Part shown: one piece after another, positions 24,996 to 39,532 of the stretch | Layout: each line of letters opens with the position of its first letter | How positions within the stretch are numbered: position 1 is the first letter of the stretch | Assembly: GCF_006345805.1 (NCBI RefSeq) | Contig: NC_043009.1 | Coordinates: forward strand, 50,406,001 to 50,470,000 | DNA length: 64,000 nucleotides | Source of the DNA: Octopus sinensis | Taxonomy: Eukaryota | Direction of reading: 5' to 3' | Made by a program: the position numbers and the translations under genes | Notes under the pieces: generated by a model | The model's database searches: none | Seen by the model: the letters and a program-made list of their open reading frames with translations, nothing else | Told to the model about the DNA's origin: nothing

Positions 24996-25027
<32 letters not shown>

Positions 25028-25567
25028 TCATCATCGTCATCACCACCACCACCACCATATTGTCCTCATCACCAGCCCCATCAACTCATCTTGCCTTGTT
25101 TGAAGAAAGAGTGACTCACTTCATTTCCAGTTAATAAAGACACCTGTGTTCACAAGATGTTTACCAATTTCCACTTAAAATGGGATTGTGTGATGCTGAA
25201 GAGAATCTGAGGGAGTAGAGGGGGGGGGCGGGCAGGCGGAAGAGACAAAGAGGAGAGAGAGAGAAAGAGAGGGATAAGGAAATAAGGGAGAGAGAGGGTG
25301 AGAGAGAAGGAGATAAAGGAGAAAAAGGAGAAAATGAAGTGGGGAAAGAGAGTGAGAAAGTGATAGACAAATAAAAATAGAAAATATAGAGAAAAACACC
25401 ATTAAAAACAATAAATATAAATGAAACTTCATACATATGGATCTATACTTATGTACATATATATACATATATATGTATATATATATACATATACACACAC
25501 ACACGTATATGTACATGTAGAGGTAGGTACGTACATATATGTTTATATATATGCATATATTCTATTT

Positions 25568-25607
<40 letters not shown>

Positions 25608-25722
25608 TATATATATAGAAAGATAGATAGATAGATACCTATCTCCCTATCTCTAAGATTTATATACACATGCTCGTGCACGCACACACACATACACACA
25701 TAAACCTGTAGATATATGTGTG

Positions 25723-25772
<50 letters not shown>

Positions 25773-25992
25773 CATACATATGTATATACACACACATGCA
25801 CAATTGTGCCTAACCATTTGTCATAAGTAAGTATACACCCATACACACACATATACACAACCCTCGAGATGTATGTGAGAATATATAATATATATATTAT
25901 ATATATATACTATGCTGATAAATCTACACATTGTATAGCATATATATAATTTTGCATGAAAGTGAGAATTATATACATTTTCCATCTGTAGT

Positions 25993-26030
<38 letters not shown>

Positions 26031-26424
26031 CACACACACACCCACAAAGGTATATATATATATATATATATAGTACACATTAATACACACAAACATACAC
26101 ACCTTCAAACATATGCATGCCAAGAAAAAACAAATATATGTGTTTCTTCTATTTCATCACATAATGTTAAAATGAACATCTCTCCATCTCCTTCTCCCTC
26201 AATATCTGTGTGTGTGTGTGTGTATGCGTGAGTCTGTGTATGTGTGTGTATGTGTGTGTGTCTGTGTGTACGCACGCGCATAATGCACATTATTTATTTA
26301 TCAAAAAAAGTCACGCAATATTAAACAATATTTGGTTCTTATACAATAGGACGTTATTTCATAACTCATTAATGTCTTTATAAATTAAAGAAATACTACT
26401 TGGAGATTTTATAATTCACTTCAC

Positions 26425-26457
<33 letters not shown>

Positions 26458-27742
26458 TATTTAAGTATATTTATAGTGTTTTTCTTCTGTTTTTCATGCT
26501 GCAATATCATATTTTTAATAAAACCCTCAAAATGAAAATAAAATTTTGCAGAATAAACCAATAGAAAATAAATAAGATTGGAATTATTTAAATGTATTTT
26601 AAGAAAATGGGTATGGTTCCAACATTGAGTGTATTTGGTGAGAAAAATATACTTCAATCAACAAGCATAAGACATGATCACTCTAAAATTTAAATTACCT
26701 TCCAATAGCATGCATGACCTGGTTGAAATATTTATAACCACTAAGTAGGGTTGAAAGAGATATAGAGGTAGTGGGTAAAGGAGAAGAGGGGATTTACAAG
26801 AAGGGGCCATCCTTAAAATGCGCAAAAGGAAACATAATGGACCATCAACACATTAGCTGAAATGTAACATTAGGTGATGATGTTTTATACTGAATTTGAG
26901 CAATTTAACAGAAAGTTAACAGAGAAGATTTTGAACATATATAAAATAAAACCTTCAAATCATGATGACTCCATTAAAAAATACCCACCACCACCACCAC
27001 CACCACCACCACTACAACTGCTACTAAAAACTAAAAAAAAAATTTTTGTATATTCATTTGTTTTGTTAAAATTCATTTTACTTACAATTAAAATATTGAG
27101 TTACTTTTTGAATGTACAACATAGAGTATAATATTAAACCCCTTCCATGTGTGAGGTGCTTGTGTGTGTCTGTATGTGAATATATATACAAATATTTGTG
27201 CTAAGCATGTGTGTACAATTATTACAGTTAGTGTGTATATGTTTATGCATGAGTGCATTCATATATATATATATATATATATATAAGCAATGATGATGAT
27301 GATGATATATACACATATATATACACGCACACACACATATATGCATGTATATATACATATATATATGCACACACATATGTATATATATATATGTATGCGT
27401 GTATGTATGTGTATATGTGTTTGTGCACACACATGCATTCAAAACACATTATCTTCAAATGTACTGTGGCTTATATAGCTTTTATTGTTTATTATATTTT
27501 TTTTCTTTGGCTGACATTTAAGTAGGCTTTTACTTGAATAATATACATACATATATAAATAAACATACAAACATATGTATGTAGACAAACACACACACAC
27601 ACACACACATACACACACACATATGCAAATATGGCTGTCAGGTTAAGACATTCATGTCACAACCAAGTGGTTTTAGGTTCCGTCCCATTGTACAGTACAT
27701 TGAGCAAGTGTCTTCTAACATAACTTCAGCTGACCAAATACC

Positions 27743-27930
27743 GATTTCTTTATTACCCACAAGGGGATAAACATAGAGGGGACAAACAAGGAAAGACATA
27801 GGTATTAAGTCGATTACATCGACCCCAGTGCATAACTGGTACTTAATTTATCGACCCCGAAAGGATGAAAGGCAAAGTCGACCTCGGCGGAATTTGAACG
27901 CAGAATGTAGCGGCAGACGAAATACCGCTA
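27743..27930 (-). mobile_element. SINE B1, 5'-truncated, inserted into an old family-A-like SINE
   Basis: 15-bp TSD AGCTGACCAAATACC (27728-27742, 27931-27945); host head and CORE-like sequence begin at about 27631. Confidence 0.9.
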
Positions 27931-28029
27931 AGCTGACCAAATACCTTGTGAACTGAATTCTCTAAGTAGAATGGATGTGGCAGTTTACCATGTAGTATCA
28001 TTACATGACATCATCATCATCATCTTATC

Positions 28030-28453
28030 TTTTATCTTTTACTACTTTTAGTCACTAGACAGCAGCCATGCTGGGGTACCGCCTTGAGGAATTTTAGTTG
28101 AACTAATCAACTCCAGTACCTATTTTCTTTTGAAACTGGTACTTATTCTATCGGTCTCTTTGGCTGAACTGCTAGGTCATAGGGATGTAAATAGACCAAC
28201 ACCAGCCATCAAACGATGGTGGGGGATAAACAGAAACATAAAGACACACACACATAGATACACACACACACACACACACACACTCGCAAACACACATTTA
28301 TGACAGGCTTCTTTCAGTTTCCATCTATCAAATCCACTCACAAGGTTTTGGTTGGCCTGAGGTTATACTAGCAGACACTTGCCACAGGTGCCACACAGTG
28401 GGACTGAACACAGAACCATGTTGTTTGGAAGCAAACTTCTTACTATACAGCCA
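28030..28453 (-). mobile_element. Older family-A-related SINE
   Basis: Reverse complement of A-like head, CORE-like block and tail, with variant GCCTTGAGGAATTTTAG. Confidence 0.75.
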
Positions 28454-29405
28454 GTTCACTTTTCTATGCCAGCAGAAGTTGGATGGGTTGTCAGAATCTA
28501 AACTGGTTCATATTCAGAACTACTAACCTTCTAATTGGATGCTGATTCTATAGCGAATCACTTTATTGAGTGTACTGGGTGCTTTTCTTCAGCCTTGCAG
28601 GAATTAATGCAACTTCAATAAAGCTGGGGTCATGATAAAAGTTACCCAATGCACACTGTAAAAGGATCAGCAAACATACTAAGACAGTTGCAGAATTCAG
28701 AGGACTCTTTAGTTTTGTCCTGTCAAGGACATGACAACATTTCTGGCGCCAGTGTCAAAATAAAAATGCGTCTGGTATACATTGTAATTGGCATTAGGAA
28801 GGGCCTCTCAGCATAGATATCATTCCAAAATGAAATATACAAGGTATACATGGCCAACCCACAACTATGCTTAAAGGTTAGAAACTCTGAAAAAAAAATG
28901 TATTTGCATGCATTATATATGTGAAATAAATGATAGACTTTTACAAAATGGATAACAAGAATTGGATTGAAGCTGGTGGAGGCGATGATAGTAGTAGTGG
29001 TGGTGGCAGAGGTGGTGGTGGTGGTGGTAGTAGAATTTAAAGAAGTAAAGAAATATAAGCCACAGAGAAAAATCTCTAAAGAGATAGTCGAAACTAAACT
29101 CAGAGAATTGGGAGTTGACAGAAAATCCACAGGAAAATGATACAGAGAATAATATATATAGAGACAATAACGAATGTATAATTTTCTAGTTTATAGCATC
29201 ACCAACAATACATATAACATTGGAAAATGTGTGTGTATGCATGAGTATCATGATAGCTGGACATAGCATTATATATATATATATATATATACCTCAAAAG
29301 GATCAAAGGACCTTCCCTAGCTAAAATCTCACAAGGCCAATTACCAAGATTCTGTGGTGTATGTATTCCCCTCTGGATGAGATGCTAGTCTGTTGCAGGA
29401 CTACT

Positions 29406-29788
29406 CAGGAGTGGCTGTGTGGTAAGTAGCTTGTTTACCAACCACATGGTTCCGGGTTCAGTCCCACTGCGTGGCACCAGCCTCGGGCCAACCAAAGCCT
29501 TGTGAGTGGATTTGGTAGACGGAAACTGAAAGAAGCCCGTCGTATATATGTATATATATATATGCGTGTGTGTGTGTTTGTGTGTCTGTGTTTGTCCCCC
29601 TAGCATTGCTTGACAACTGATGCTGGTGTGTTTATGTCCCTGTCACTTAGCGGTTCGGCAAAAGAGACCGATAGAATAAGTACTGGGCTTACAAAAGAAT
29701 AAGTCCCGGGGGTCGAGTTGCTCGATTAAAGGCGGTGCTCCAGCATGGCCACAGTCAAATGACTGAAACAAGTAAAAGAGTAAAGAGT
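29406..29788 (+). mobile_element. SINE family A
   Basis: Family A with a deletion in the CORE-like block. Confidence 0.9.
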
Positions 29789-30039
29789 TTTGCCAGCTGA
29801 GTAGACTCTCTTATCATATATAATTAAACAAGAAAATTATAAAGATAGTTGATTTAAAGTGAAAGTGTGGACAGATGTGAAGCAAAATGCCAAATTGATT
29901 AATTCAGTGGGCCATGCTTCAATCTGTCCCTCAAGAGGATGAGTTCCCCTCTCACTAAGTTAGTGAATTCGTCATCATTGTCGTCGTCAAATGTCTGTTT
30001 ACCATGCTGGCATGGATTAAGCCCAATTATCTATTGAAA

Positions 30040-30172
30040 ACTGGAGCAAGCGAATGAAGTGGAACAATGTGAAATGAAGTATTCTGCTCGAGAACACGAG
30101 GTATCACTCAGTCCAGGGATTGAAACCACAATCTTATGAATGTAAGTGCAACACCCTAACTAAGCCATGTGC
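30040..30172 (-). mobile_element. Decayed tRNA-headed SINE (family E); similar decayed copy at about 33670-33820 (+)
   Basis: Minus strand GGCACATGGCTTAGTTAGGGTGTTG...GGTTTCAATCCCTGG...TTCTCGAGCAGAATACTT. Confidence 0.5.
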
Positions 30173-30290
30173 CAATCTCTCTCTCTCTCTTTCTCCACAC
30201 ACATACACACACACACACACACACACATGCAAGTGTTATAATATGTGAATATAGGGAGATGGGTATAACAGTTTAACATGTGATTGTGCA

Positions 30291-30699
30291 TACTCTACTC
30301 TTTTACTCTTTTACTTGGTTCAGTCATTTGACTGCGGCCATGCTGGAGCACCGCCTTTAGTCGAGCAAATCGACCCCGGGACTTATTCTTTGTAAGCCCA
30401 GTACTTATTCTATCAGTCTCTTTTGCCGAACCGCTAAGTGACGAGGATGTAAACACACCAGCATCAGTTGTCAAGCAATGCTAGGGGGACAAACACATAC
30501 ACACACACATACATATATATATATACATATATACGACAGGCTTCTTTCCGTTTCCGTCTACCAAATCCACTCACAAGGCATTGGTCGGCCCGGGGCTATA
30601 GCAGAAGACACTTGCCCAAGATGCCACGCAGTGGGACTGAACCCGGAACCATGTGGTTGTTTAGCAAGCTACTTACCACACAGCCACTCCTGTGCCTAT
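30291..30699 (-). mobile_element. SINE family A
   Basis: Reverse complement of family A. Confidence 0.9.
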
Positions 30700-32817
30700 G
30701 TGTATGTATATGTTCAAATGTGCAGGTGTGCATATAAGTGTTACAAAAATTGAATTGTGAAGATGTGTTTATAACAGTTGAATATGTGTAACATAGGTAG
30801 TGTGTGTGCATGTGCGTGTGTGTGTGTGTGTGTGCAGGTTTTGAACTATTTTGAAAAAGTACATTGTAATCCTTATAAATGCTTCTTGTACATTTACACA
30901 CACAAATGCACATGTGTCCGTTGTTCTTTTTTCGGAATCTTTGTTAAAAACTGAGTGCTATCTCACAAGACCAATAGATAAACACAAAAGAACCTATTCC
31001 CCCCCCAAAAAAATCAATTGTCTATTTAAACAATTTTTACATACATGTTTTTTTATTATATGTTTTCTTTTGGTTAAGTTTCTTACATTTAATTTCTTAC
31101 TATATTTTATATTTTATTAATTAATTAATTTATTTTCTTATTTTATTTATTCCCTCAAATTTTCCCCCCTTTCCCTTCTCTCTTCCTTCCCCTGTCAGTT
31201 TACATTTGATTTCTAAGACCAAAAGGAAACCATGTTTATATCTAAAGAGTAAGAAAACTATCACTTCAATTCTCATCAGTCAATGATATCGGGGAGTAGA
31301 CTTTTATAGGGATTCTGTTTATAATAGTGATGGACAACTCCAAGATATATTTCAAGGGAAAACACCTTTGCAGTGTGCACCTCTCCTTCTGCCAACCCCG
31401 CACCAGTCTTCTCGCAAGATTATGCAAATACACGGCTACATGTAAAATTTACATAGCAAAAAATAAGGAGAGGAAAAAAGGAGCAAGTGACAGGGCAGAA
31501 ACCATAGCTAGATGTGTCTCTATTTATAGAAGAATAAGTGAAAGAAGGAAAATATATGTATAAATGCTAGGGTATAGTATGAATGTGGCTCTGTGTGTGT
31601 GTGCATTTGTGTGTCTGTATATATGGTACGGGCACATGTGTGTCTGTCTGTACATATAGAACATGTGTGGGTGTGTGTTTGTTGGTGGTAAAGATAAATG
31701 CACAGTTAAAAGGAGTGTGTACTTTGTGTGAAATGGCTAAGATAATATAGCAGCAACACATACAGTTAAAAAATACTTGATCAATCAGGAATCCATAAAA
31801 GTCCTTAATAAAATATAGCTTTATTCTGGGGTTGAAACATGGCAGAAAATCTAAACTGTGGTCTTACTGAAGATATTACGCATGTACGTACACAATCACA
31901 CACAACATGTGTATGCATCTTTATACTTCTGACTGTGAGTGTGTGTGTGTATGTGTGTGTGTGTGTGTATCTATATATATATGCATGCTTGTGTGTTTAT
32001 ATAAGAACATATGCATTAGGTGAGTGTATGTGTGTGCATGTGTGTATTAATGTGAGCACAGAACACAAGAAAAAAAACCCCAATAATCTTGAAGAAGGGA
32101 CTACTCCTTGTCAGTGTTATTCATTGACAGGCTTTTAGATTTTTTTTCATGAAATGATTTTTAAACAATAACTAAATAAATAAATCTATTTTCGTTTTAG
32201 ATCCTCTTCACTATAAATGAAAAGAGATTAAAAAACAATAGAGAACTAAAACATTTGGCCAAATGTAATATGCTTTTGCAATGCATGTGTATTTCTCCAT
32301 GTGTGCGCCTTCTTTTCCATATGTGTGTGCTTCTCCATATGCATGAATTTATGGTTCTCCATATGTGTGAGTGTGTGTGTTTCTCAATGTGTGTGTTTGT
32401 TTGTTTGTATCCATGCATGTATGATCATACCCAAATGTATATGTTTACATATATCTGCGCAGTTGAGTCATTTCAGGGCATTCAGCAATGCAGATAATGA
32501 ATAGAGGGCTTGTTCATTTTACCAATTTGATGGTAAGGACAATCATGTGGATTAACAGGAAGATGACGACGACGACGACAATGATGATGATGATGATGAT
32601 AATAATAATGACAAAGATGAAGATAATTATAATGACAAGGATGGGAGTCAACTCCCATCCTTGTCATTTTAATTACTTCTTCCTCCACAGTCCGTTTCAC
32701 CCATATAAATTAAGCCGAATACCAATCATCTGGTAATAAACAACTATTTATAATTTACGCATGAAGTCAAAATTTGGGGCAAGCAGTTAGTCAATGTTAC
32801 TGACTCAATATTTGACT

Positions 32818-33046
32818 CGCGAGCTGGCAGACACATTAGCGCGCAGGGCGAAGTGCTTAGCGGTATTTCGTCTGTCGTTACGTTCTGAGTTCAAATTCCG
32901 CTGAGGTCAACTTTGCCTTACATCCTTTCGGGGTTGATAAATAAAGTACCAGTTTTGCACTGGGGGCGATATAATCGACTCAATCCCTTCGTCTGTCCTT
33001 GTTTGTCCCCGTCTATGTTTAGCCCCTTGTGGGCAGTAAAGAAATA
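32818..33046 (+). mobile_element. SINE family B1
   Basis: TSD AATATTTGACT (32807-32817, 33047-33057). Confidence 0.9.
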
Positions 33047-33994
33047 AATATTTGACTAGTGCCTATTTTATTACTTTATTACTCCCTGCCCCTGGGATAG
33101 ACAAATGCTAAAGTTGATAGCAGTGAGATTTGAACTCACATTGTGAAGGGAAAACAACTCTTCTTAGTCTGCCAAAGCATCCCTCATTTATTTCATATAA
33201 CTTACACCTCTTCCACTAATTGAGAATTTTGTTACCATGAATTAGACAATACTAGACAACATTATGGGTGAATGACATAAATGCAAATAATCCATAAATC
33301 AATCTAGAAACATACATCTACAAATGTCAAACTATGACCCAACCAGAGAGAGAGAGAGAGAGAGAGCGATGGGGAAAGAGAGGAAGAGATAGGGAGGGAG
33401 GTGGGAGAGAGAGAGAGAATGCTATTAGAAACCTGCAAATACCACATTAACCACATCAATCTCACAAGCCTAGAAAGACCAACTTGAAGCCATGAACTAA
33501 TTGATAAGTGTAGTAGGGTTGATGGTTTTGGAAATGACAATGATGATGAGGAGGAGGACAAAGAAGAGGTCGTAAATTAATTATTATGACCAATAATTAT
33601 GGCAATAATTTGGCAGAAACTCCAAACTGCCAACTTTAGATTACTTAGTCACTTGTCTCTATGTTCTGGGAAGATGCATCGCGTTACTGTTCAGGTAACT
33701 GGACTCTCGGTCAAACATTAAGACCTTGGTTTGATACCCTGTCTGAAAACCTCATTGCGTCTTAAGGCAATTTTACTTTGTTTCGTTCCAGTCCATTCAG
33801 TGAGCAGAAATGAGTATTAGGATTGACAGAGTACTTAGTCTACATTAAGTTTCCATTTTGTCTGCTGGTGCCATGAGGAATGTTTCTATATTGTGAAAGG
33901 TAAGATTCTCTGTTAATCCTTCTATTTATATATGCACACACACACACACCATACAAGGAACTTCTACCATTTATCTAATTTTTCAGTCACTGGG

Positions 33995-34221
33995 TTACCC
34001 CTTTAGTATTTAAACCGGCCATATCTGGCCAAAATATTTAATCTGTTTTATGTTCAAACTGACCAGATCCAGGCTCTCACACCTACCCTACAATGTTATT
34101 CTACATTAGGTAATTACACCATCAAAATCTTGAAGATATGAGATAATGCATGATTAATTCAAATCAATGTGAATCAATAAGCATTATGTTTGATAGAATA
34201 ATCAGAACACTAAAGGGTTAA
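33995..34221. mobile_element. piggyBac-type MITE (TTAA target)
   Basis: TTAC-CCCTTTAG...CTAAAGGG-TTAA termini; a second copy in reverse orientation at 59926-60517. Confidence 0.7.
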
Positions 34222-34494
34222 TCAGTGCAATGACAAGAAAAGAGTTCACTATATAGTGAATGCCTACCAGCACACTCAATTCTTTATACAACCAAAACCT
34301 TCAGATATAAAGAGGGATACATCACATAAGGAATTGTTATATTCTTACCCCTCCCTTCTGGATTAATAGAAAAAGCAATAGTAAAATAAAATACAACTTT
34401 ATTATTCTAGTTCAGTATGCCATGCACCATGACAAAACTAAGTAAAACAAATTTATAAAAATATAAAAAAGAAATCAATAATTATAATAGTTCA

Positions 34495-34970
34495 GAAGGC
34501 AGCAAGCTGGCAGAATTATTAGCATGCCAGGTGAAATTCTTTGTGGCATTTTGTCCATTTTCATGTCTGAGTTCAAATTCCACTGAGGTCAACTTTGCCT
34601 TTCACCTTTCTGGGGGTCAATAGCATAAATACCTATTTCTTTATTGCCCACAAGGGGCTAAACATAGAGGGGACAAACAAGGACAGACATAGGTATTAAG
34701 TCAATTACATCGACCCCAGTGCGTAACTGGTACTTAATTTATTGACCCCGAAAGGATGAAAGGCAAAGTCGACCTCGGTGGAATTTGAACTCACAACGTA
34801 ACGGCAGCCGAAATACCGCTAAGCATTTCACCTGACGTGCTAATGTTTCTGCCAGCTCGCCGCCTTAAATAGCATAAATACCATTTGAGTACTGGGGTGA
34901 TGTAATCGACTTTACCCCTCCCTTGAAATTGCTGGCCTTGTGCCAAAATTTGAAATTGATCATTATGATA
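34495..34970 (+). mobile_element. SINE B2 host interrupted by an antiparallel B1
   Basis: B2 head 34495-34620 and tail 34868-34970 flank the insert. Confidence 0.75.
34634..34866 (-). mobile_element. SINE family B1, full length, nested
   Basis: 15-bp TSD AATAGCATAAATACC (34619-34633, 34868-34882). Confidence 0.9.
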
Positions 34971-35602
34971 GTTCAGTCCATCAATGGTACAGTATTTAAG
35001 TCTTCTGTGCCTGCATAACTGATCAAATTTATGAACCGAAGGCACAATTTCTACCAATCCAAAGTACACAATATACATTAACAATGAAATCTACCCTTCT
35101 TCAATTTTATACTTTCTGTGTGGTAGTTTAACCATGGAAAGTTATACTCCTTGTAGCAACAAAAGCTTGACTGATTACTTTCGTAAAACTCTAAATTTAA
35201 TAGTTACTAAGTTTGAATTTTTCAAAACACTTCCTGGGGGATTACAACCGAGTTGTACTTCTTAGCTTTATAAAATTTAATCTTATTTCAGTTGGAGTAT
35301 TAAATACTATATATTTAATTATTTGTTTATTTATTATGTATGTACACACAGGCACACAAATGCACACACATACTCTTAATTCAAAGACCACCCTGTTATC
35401 CTTGAAAGAATGGATATAAAACGAAATATAAATAAAATTCGGTTGTAGACATTACAAAAGTCAAATCAACTCAGAAATAAATAAAACTTCCATATAGGCT
35501 TTAATGGTAAAATATAATAAAGTCTGGAAGAATATACCAAACTATATTTGAAGAAATCTTTAAAATTTCTGACATTTTAACAGAATGTACATACATATCA
35601 AA

Positions 35603-36040
35603 GCAGTAAGCTGGCAGATTTGTTAGAATTTGGGACAAAAAACTTTGTGCATATTCTGACACTTCAAGTAGTTCTGAGTTCTAATTCCACCAAGTCAACT
35701 CTGCCTTCCATCCATTTGGAACAATAAAATAAAGTACCAATCAAGTGCTAGGTGGGGTTGAAATAAATGACTAATGCTTATGCCTATCCTTCAAAATTGC
35801 TGCCCTTCTGTCTAAATTAGAAGCCATTATTATTATTGATAATAATAGTAATCCTTTCTACTATAGGTACAAGGCCTGAAATTTGGCAGGAGGGGACTAG
35901 TTGATTACATCGACCCCAGTGTTTCACTGGTACTTAATTTATTGACCTCCAAAGGGATGAAAGGCAAAGTCAAGCTCAGCAGATTTTGAATTCAGAACAT
36001 GGCAACAGACGAAATACCACTAAGCATTTCACTGCCTTAT
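35603..36040. mobile_element. Two B2 SINEs tail-to-tail (plus about 35603-35830, minus about 35848-36040)
   Basis: Family B motifs in opposite orientations, separated by an ATT/AAT stretch. Confidence 0.7.
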
Positions 36041-36056
36041 TGATGATAATAGCAAT

Positions 36057-36400
36057 AACAAGAGCACTCAGAGAGCACAAACCTCCACTAAGGCAACACC
36101 AACATCCTCTCAACGATTAGCCAGAGACGATTTTTAAAATGAGAATATCTGAAATAAACTCGACTGCTCTCACAAACGAGAATACTAAAAATGAACCCGA
36201 CCGCTCTCAAAAATTAAGTAAAAAAATAGGAAAAGCAATCTAGAATCCTTGTTCAGTACCAGATCGATCCCAAAATCTACTCAGTCCATGCCAATCATAA
36301 GGCCAAGCATCCCTGAAAGTTTCATCTGAATCCATCTAGCAGTTCTTGAGATATCTTGTCTATGGACAAACAAACAAACATAACCTCCACCTTAGTGATG
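36057..36400. mobile_element. Helentron-associated (HINE/DINE-like) non-autonomous element
   Basis: ACAAGAGCACTCAGAGAGCACAAACCTCCACTAAGG start, AAAGTTTCATCTGAATCC block, (CAAA)n and AACATAACCTCCACC end: the typical architecture of such elements. Assignment by pattern only. Confidence 0.5.
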
Positions 36401-36536
36401 ACCATGTCACACACGTATGGTTGTGATGCATGTGCCTTGTCTACCCTTATCAGATGAGTAGTCATGATGAGTATACTGGGCTTTGTATATCTGTACCCCA
36501 GTGTCATTTTGATGGCAGGAACTGCTCTTTCACTCA

Positions 36537-36548
36537 ATAATAATAATG

Positions 36549-36601
<53 letters not shown>

Positions 36602-36636
36602 TATAATAATAATAATAATAATGATAATAATAATAA
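36537..36636. repeat. (AAT)n array contiguous with the tail of a B2 SINE (about 36637-36815, minus)
   Basis: (AAT)n runs directly into CCTTTCTACTATAGGCACAAGGCC; a second (AAT)n at about 36840-36893. Confidence 0.9.
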
Positions 36637-36839
36637 TCCTTTCTACTATAGGCACAAGGCCTGAAATTTGGTGGGAGGGGACCAGTCGATTACTTCAGCT
36701 TCAGCGTGTAATTGGTACTTAATTTATCAAGCCCCAAAAAAATGAAAGACAAAGTCGACCCCAGTAGAATTTCAACTTAGAACATAAAGTCAGAAGAAAT
36801 GCCACTAAGCGTTTTGTAATTTATAATAATGTAAAACTT

Positions 36840-36894
<55 letters not shown>

Positions 36895-37617
36895 TTTTAC
36901 ATTTTAAAAACATATCTATTTCTTGATATAAGTTTATGTTAGATTGCCTCTAGAGAGGTTATTCTTACAATGTATTTCCCAAGATTAGACATGAAACTTA
37001 GCAGATTTTAAGCATCAAGGGGAAAAGAAAGTTGAGACTTTCTTGTCTTTCGGAATGGTATTGTAATCATAAGTGAAGTGTAACAGAAATAAAAAACCAA
37101 ATTATTTTGTTCCTTTTATCATTTAGTCAGAGGTGGAGAAAAGGTGGGGTACCTTTAGTACATAAGGGGCATTTCCAGTTTGGTGAAATTGGTGTGACTG
37201 ATGTTCGGCTCAAACCTTGGTTAAATCAATGTACGTAAAGGAAACAAGGGTAGAAATGAAATTCTTAAAAGGTTGCAGTTCAGGAGAGGAAAGATGAGAA
37301 AAAACATTTGGATTGGGAGGTGAGGAACAGAAGTTGTTTTGAGAGGAAGAAGTTATACACTACTTACTTGATCTGAGAAGAGAAGAGATGAGAAGAGAAC
37401 AGAGGAGAGAGAGAGAGAGAGAGAGAGAAGAGAGAGATGTCAGTGGACAAGTGAATGTTAGCATGTTAGTGAAGGAATATTTGCCTATCAGTTGGATGGA
37501 CTTTTGAGATAGAAAAACATACCATCCCAGATATAATGAATACTGTAAGGTGAGTGCCATTGGTGTCTTTGACTTGACTCATTGTCTGTACAAACTTAAG
37601 TGTTCCCTTAACCCTTT

Positions 37618-38043
37618 AACTTTCAGAGGTAATGACAAATAACCAAGACCTTTGAAGATATGCTGTGCTTGAGGAGACCCAGCAAGCCAAGTGAAATTGT
37701 AGCTGTGGTCAATGCCAGTGCCACCTGAATGGCTTCTGGGCAATGGCACATAAAAAGCACCATTCGAGCATGACCGATATCAGTGCTGCCTGACTGGCAC
37801 CTATGCCAAAAAGCACTGTTCAAGCATGGTCGATGCCAGTGCCACTTGACTGGCTCCTGTGCTGGTGACATGTGAAAATCACCCACTACACTCTTGGAAT
37901 GGGTGGTATAAGGAAGGGCATCAAGCTGTACAAACATTGTCAGATCAGATTGGAACCTGTTGCAGCCACCTGGCTTGTCAGTCCTCAGTCAAACCGTCTA
38001 ACCCATGCCAGCATGGAAATCTGATGTTAAACGATGATGATGA
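37618..38043 (+). mobile_element. Family D, RTE LINE 3' end with ORF2 terminus
   Basis: CTT TCA GAG GTA ATG ACA AAT AAC CAA GAC CTT TGA AGA TAT GCT GTG CTT GAG GAG ACC CAG CAA GCC AAG TGA = LSEVMTNNQDL*RYAVLEETQQAK*, then about 3 units, core and (GAT)n. Confidence 0.8.
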
Positions 38044-38892
38044 CCCTGAAAGGAGGAAAGGCAAAGTCAATCTTGATGGAATTTGAACTCTGATCATAAA
38101 GATGGACAAAATGCTGCTAAGCATTTTTTGCCCGGCATGCTAATGATTCTGCCAGTTCTCTTCACCTTATAGATATGTAATTATTAGCCTTTATTTTACT
38201 GACATGATGAGACAAAAACACAGACTCAACCCTGACACTATTAGAACCCAGAATCAAGAATGTTATCAACAAGTTAAGAAATTGGGATTTCTTGAATTAT
38301 GAATTTCCAAGAGGCAAGCCAAGATTTAAAATGGTATAATGTGTTACGAAACAAAGATTTCAGCATGAAATATACAAATGAAAAGTCTCTGAAAACCATT
38401 ATTATAGCTCACTAGGAATTACAAGATTAAATTAATAAAAAGCTCACAAGAAAGAAGGAAAAAAAAGCTGAATAAATAACAACCAGGTGCTGGACAGAAT
38501 CCAAGACCTGTTCAAATGATCATAGAATGGTCACACAGTGATTTGCCGCCAGAGATGATGCAAATTTTCTTATATTCACAGCCATTCTACATCAATGTGT
38601 TTATAATATAAACAAGTGATACAGGATAGCAGCATGCTTACATGGTTGATAATGATACAGGACTAGCTATGGCACTTAAGGTTGCCAATTTTTAAATTCT
38701 GGCACAATCAATGATCTGTGATCTTTATAGGTAAGGAAAGCATAATGGGTTGGAAGGGGATATACTTAATAAAAATAAGTGTTGGTAATAACCAGAGAGG
38801 TTAAACATCAAACTGATCAATAGATAAAAACGATGCAAAAGATTTTGTTTCTATATCATACACAAAAATTAATAAACCAAAACGAAAATAAA

Positions 38893-39532
38893 CATAGGCA
38901 CAGGTGTGGTTATGAGATAAGAAGTGTACTTCCTGACTACATAGTTTAAGGTTCAGTCCCATTGCATGGCACCTCAGAGAAGTGTCTTCTACAATGAGCT
39001 TGGTCTGGCCAAAGCCTTGTGAGTGGATTTGGAAGACAGAACCTGAAAGAAGCTCATTATCTATGTGTGTGTGTCATTGTGTTTGTCCTCCACCACTGCC
39101 AGACAACTGGTGTTGGTTTGTTTATGTCCTTGTAAATTAGCACTTTGGTAAAAGAGATCCACCTTACTGGCACCTGTGCCAGTGACATGTGTAAAAAGAT
39201 TCGAGCAAAGTCATTGCCAGTACCACCTGACTGGCCCCCATGCCGGTGGCACATAAAAAGCACCCACTATACTCTTGGAGTGGTTGGCGTTCGGAAGGGC
39301 ATCCAGCTGTAGAAACTCTGCCAGATCAAGATTGGAGCCTGGTGCAGCCATCTGGTTCGCCAGCCCTCAGTCAAAATCGTCCAACCCATGCTAGCATGGT
39401 AAGTTGACGTTAAACGATGATGATGATGTTTAAATCAAGTCTAAGTACTGCAGTTGACTCATTCAACTAAAAATCCTTCAATGCAGTGCCCCAGCATGGC
39501 CACAGTCCAGTGACTGAAACAAGTAAAAGATA
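38893..39532 (+). mobile_element. Old family-A SINE with a D copy (39161-39427) inserted
   Basis: A head and body 38893-39160, D core and (GAT)n, then the A tail (CAGCATGGCCACAGTCCAGTGACTGAAACAAGTAAAAGA) to about 39532. Confidence 0.75.
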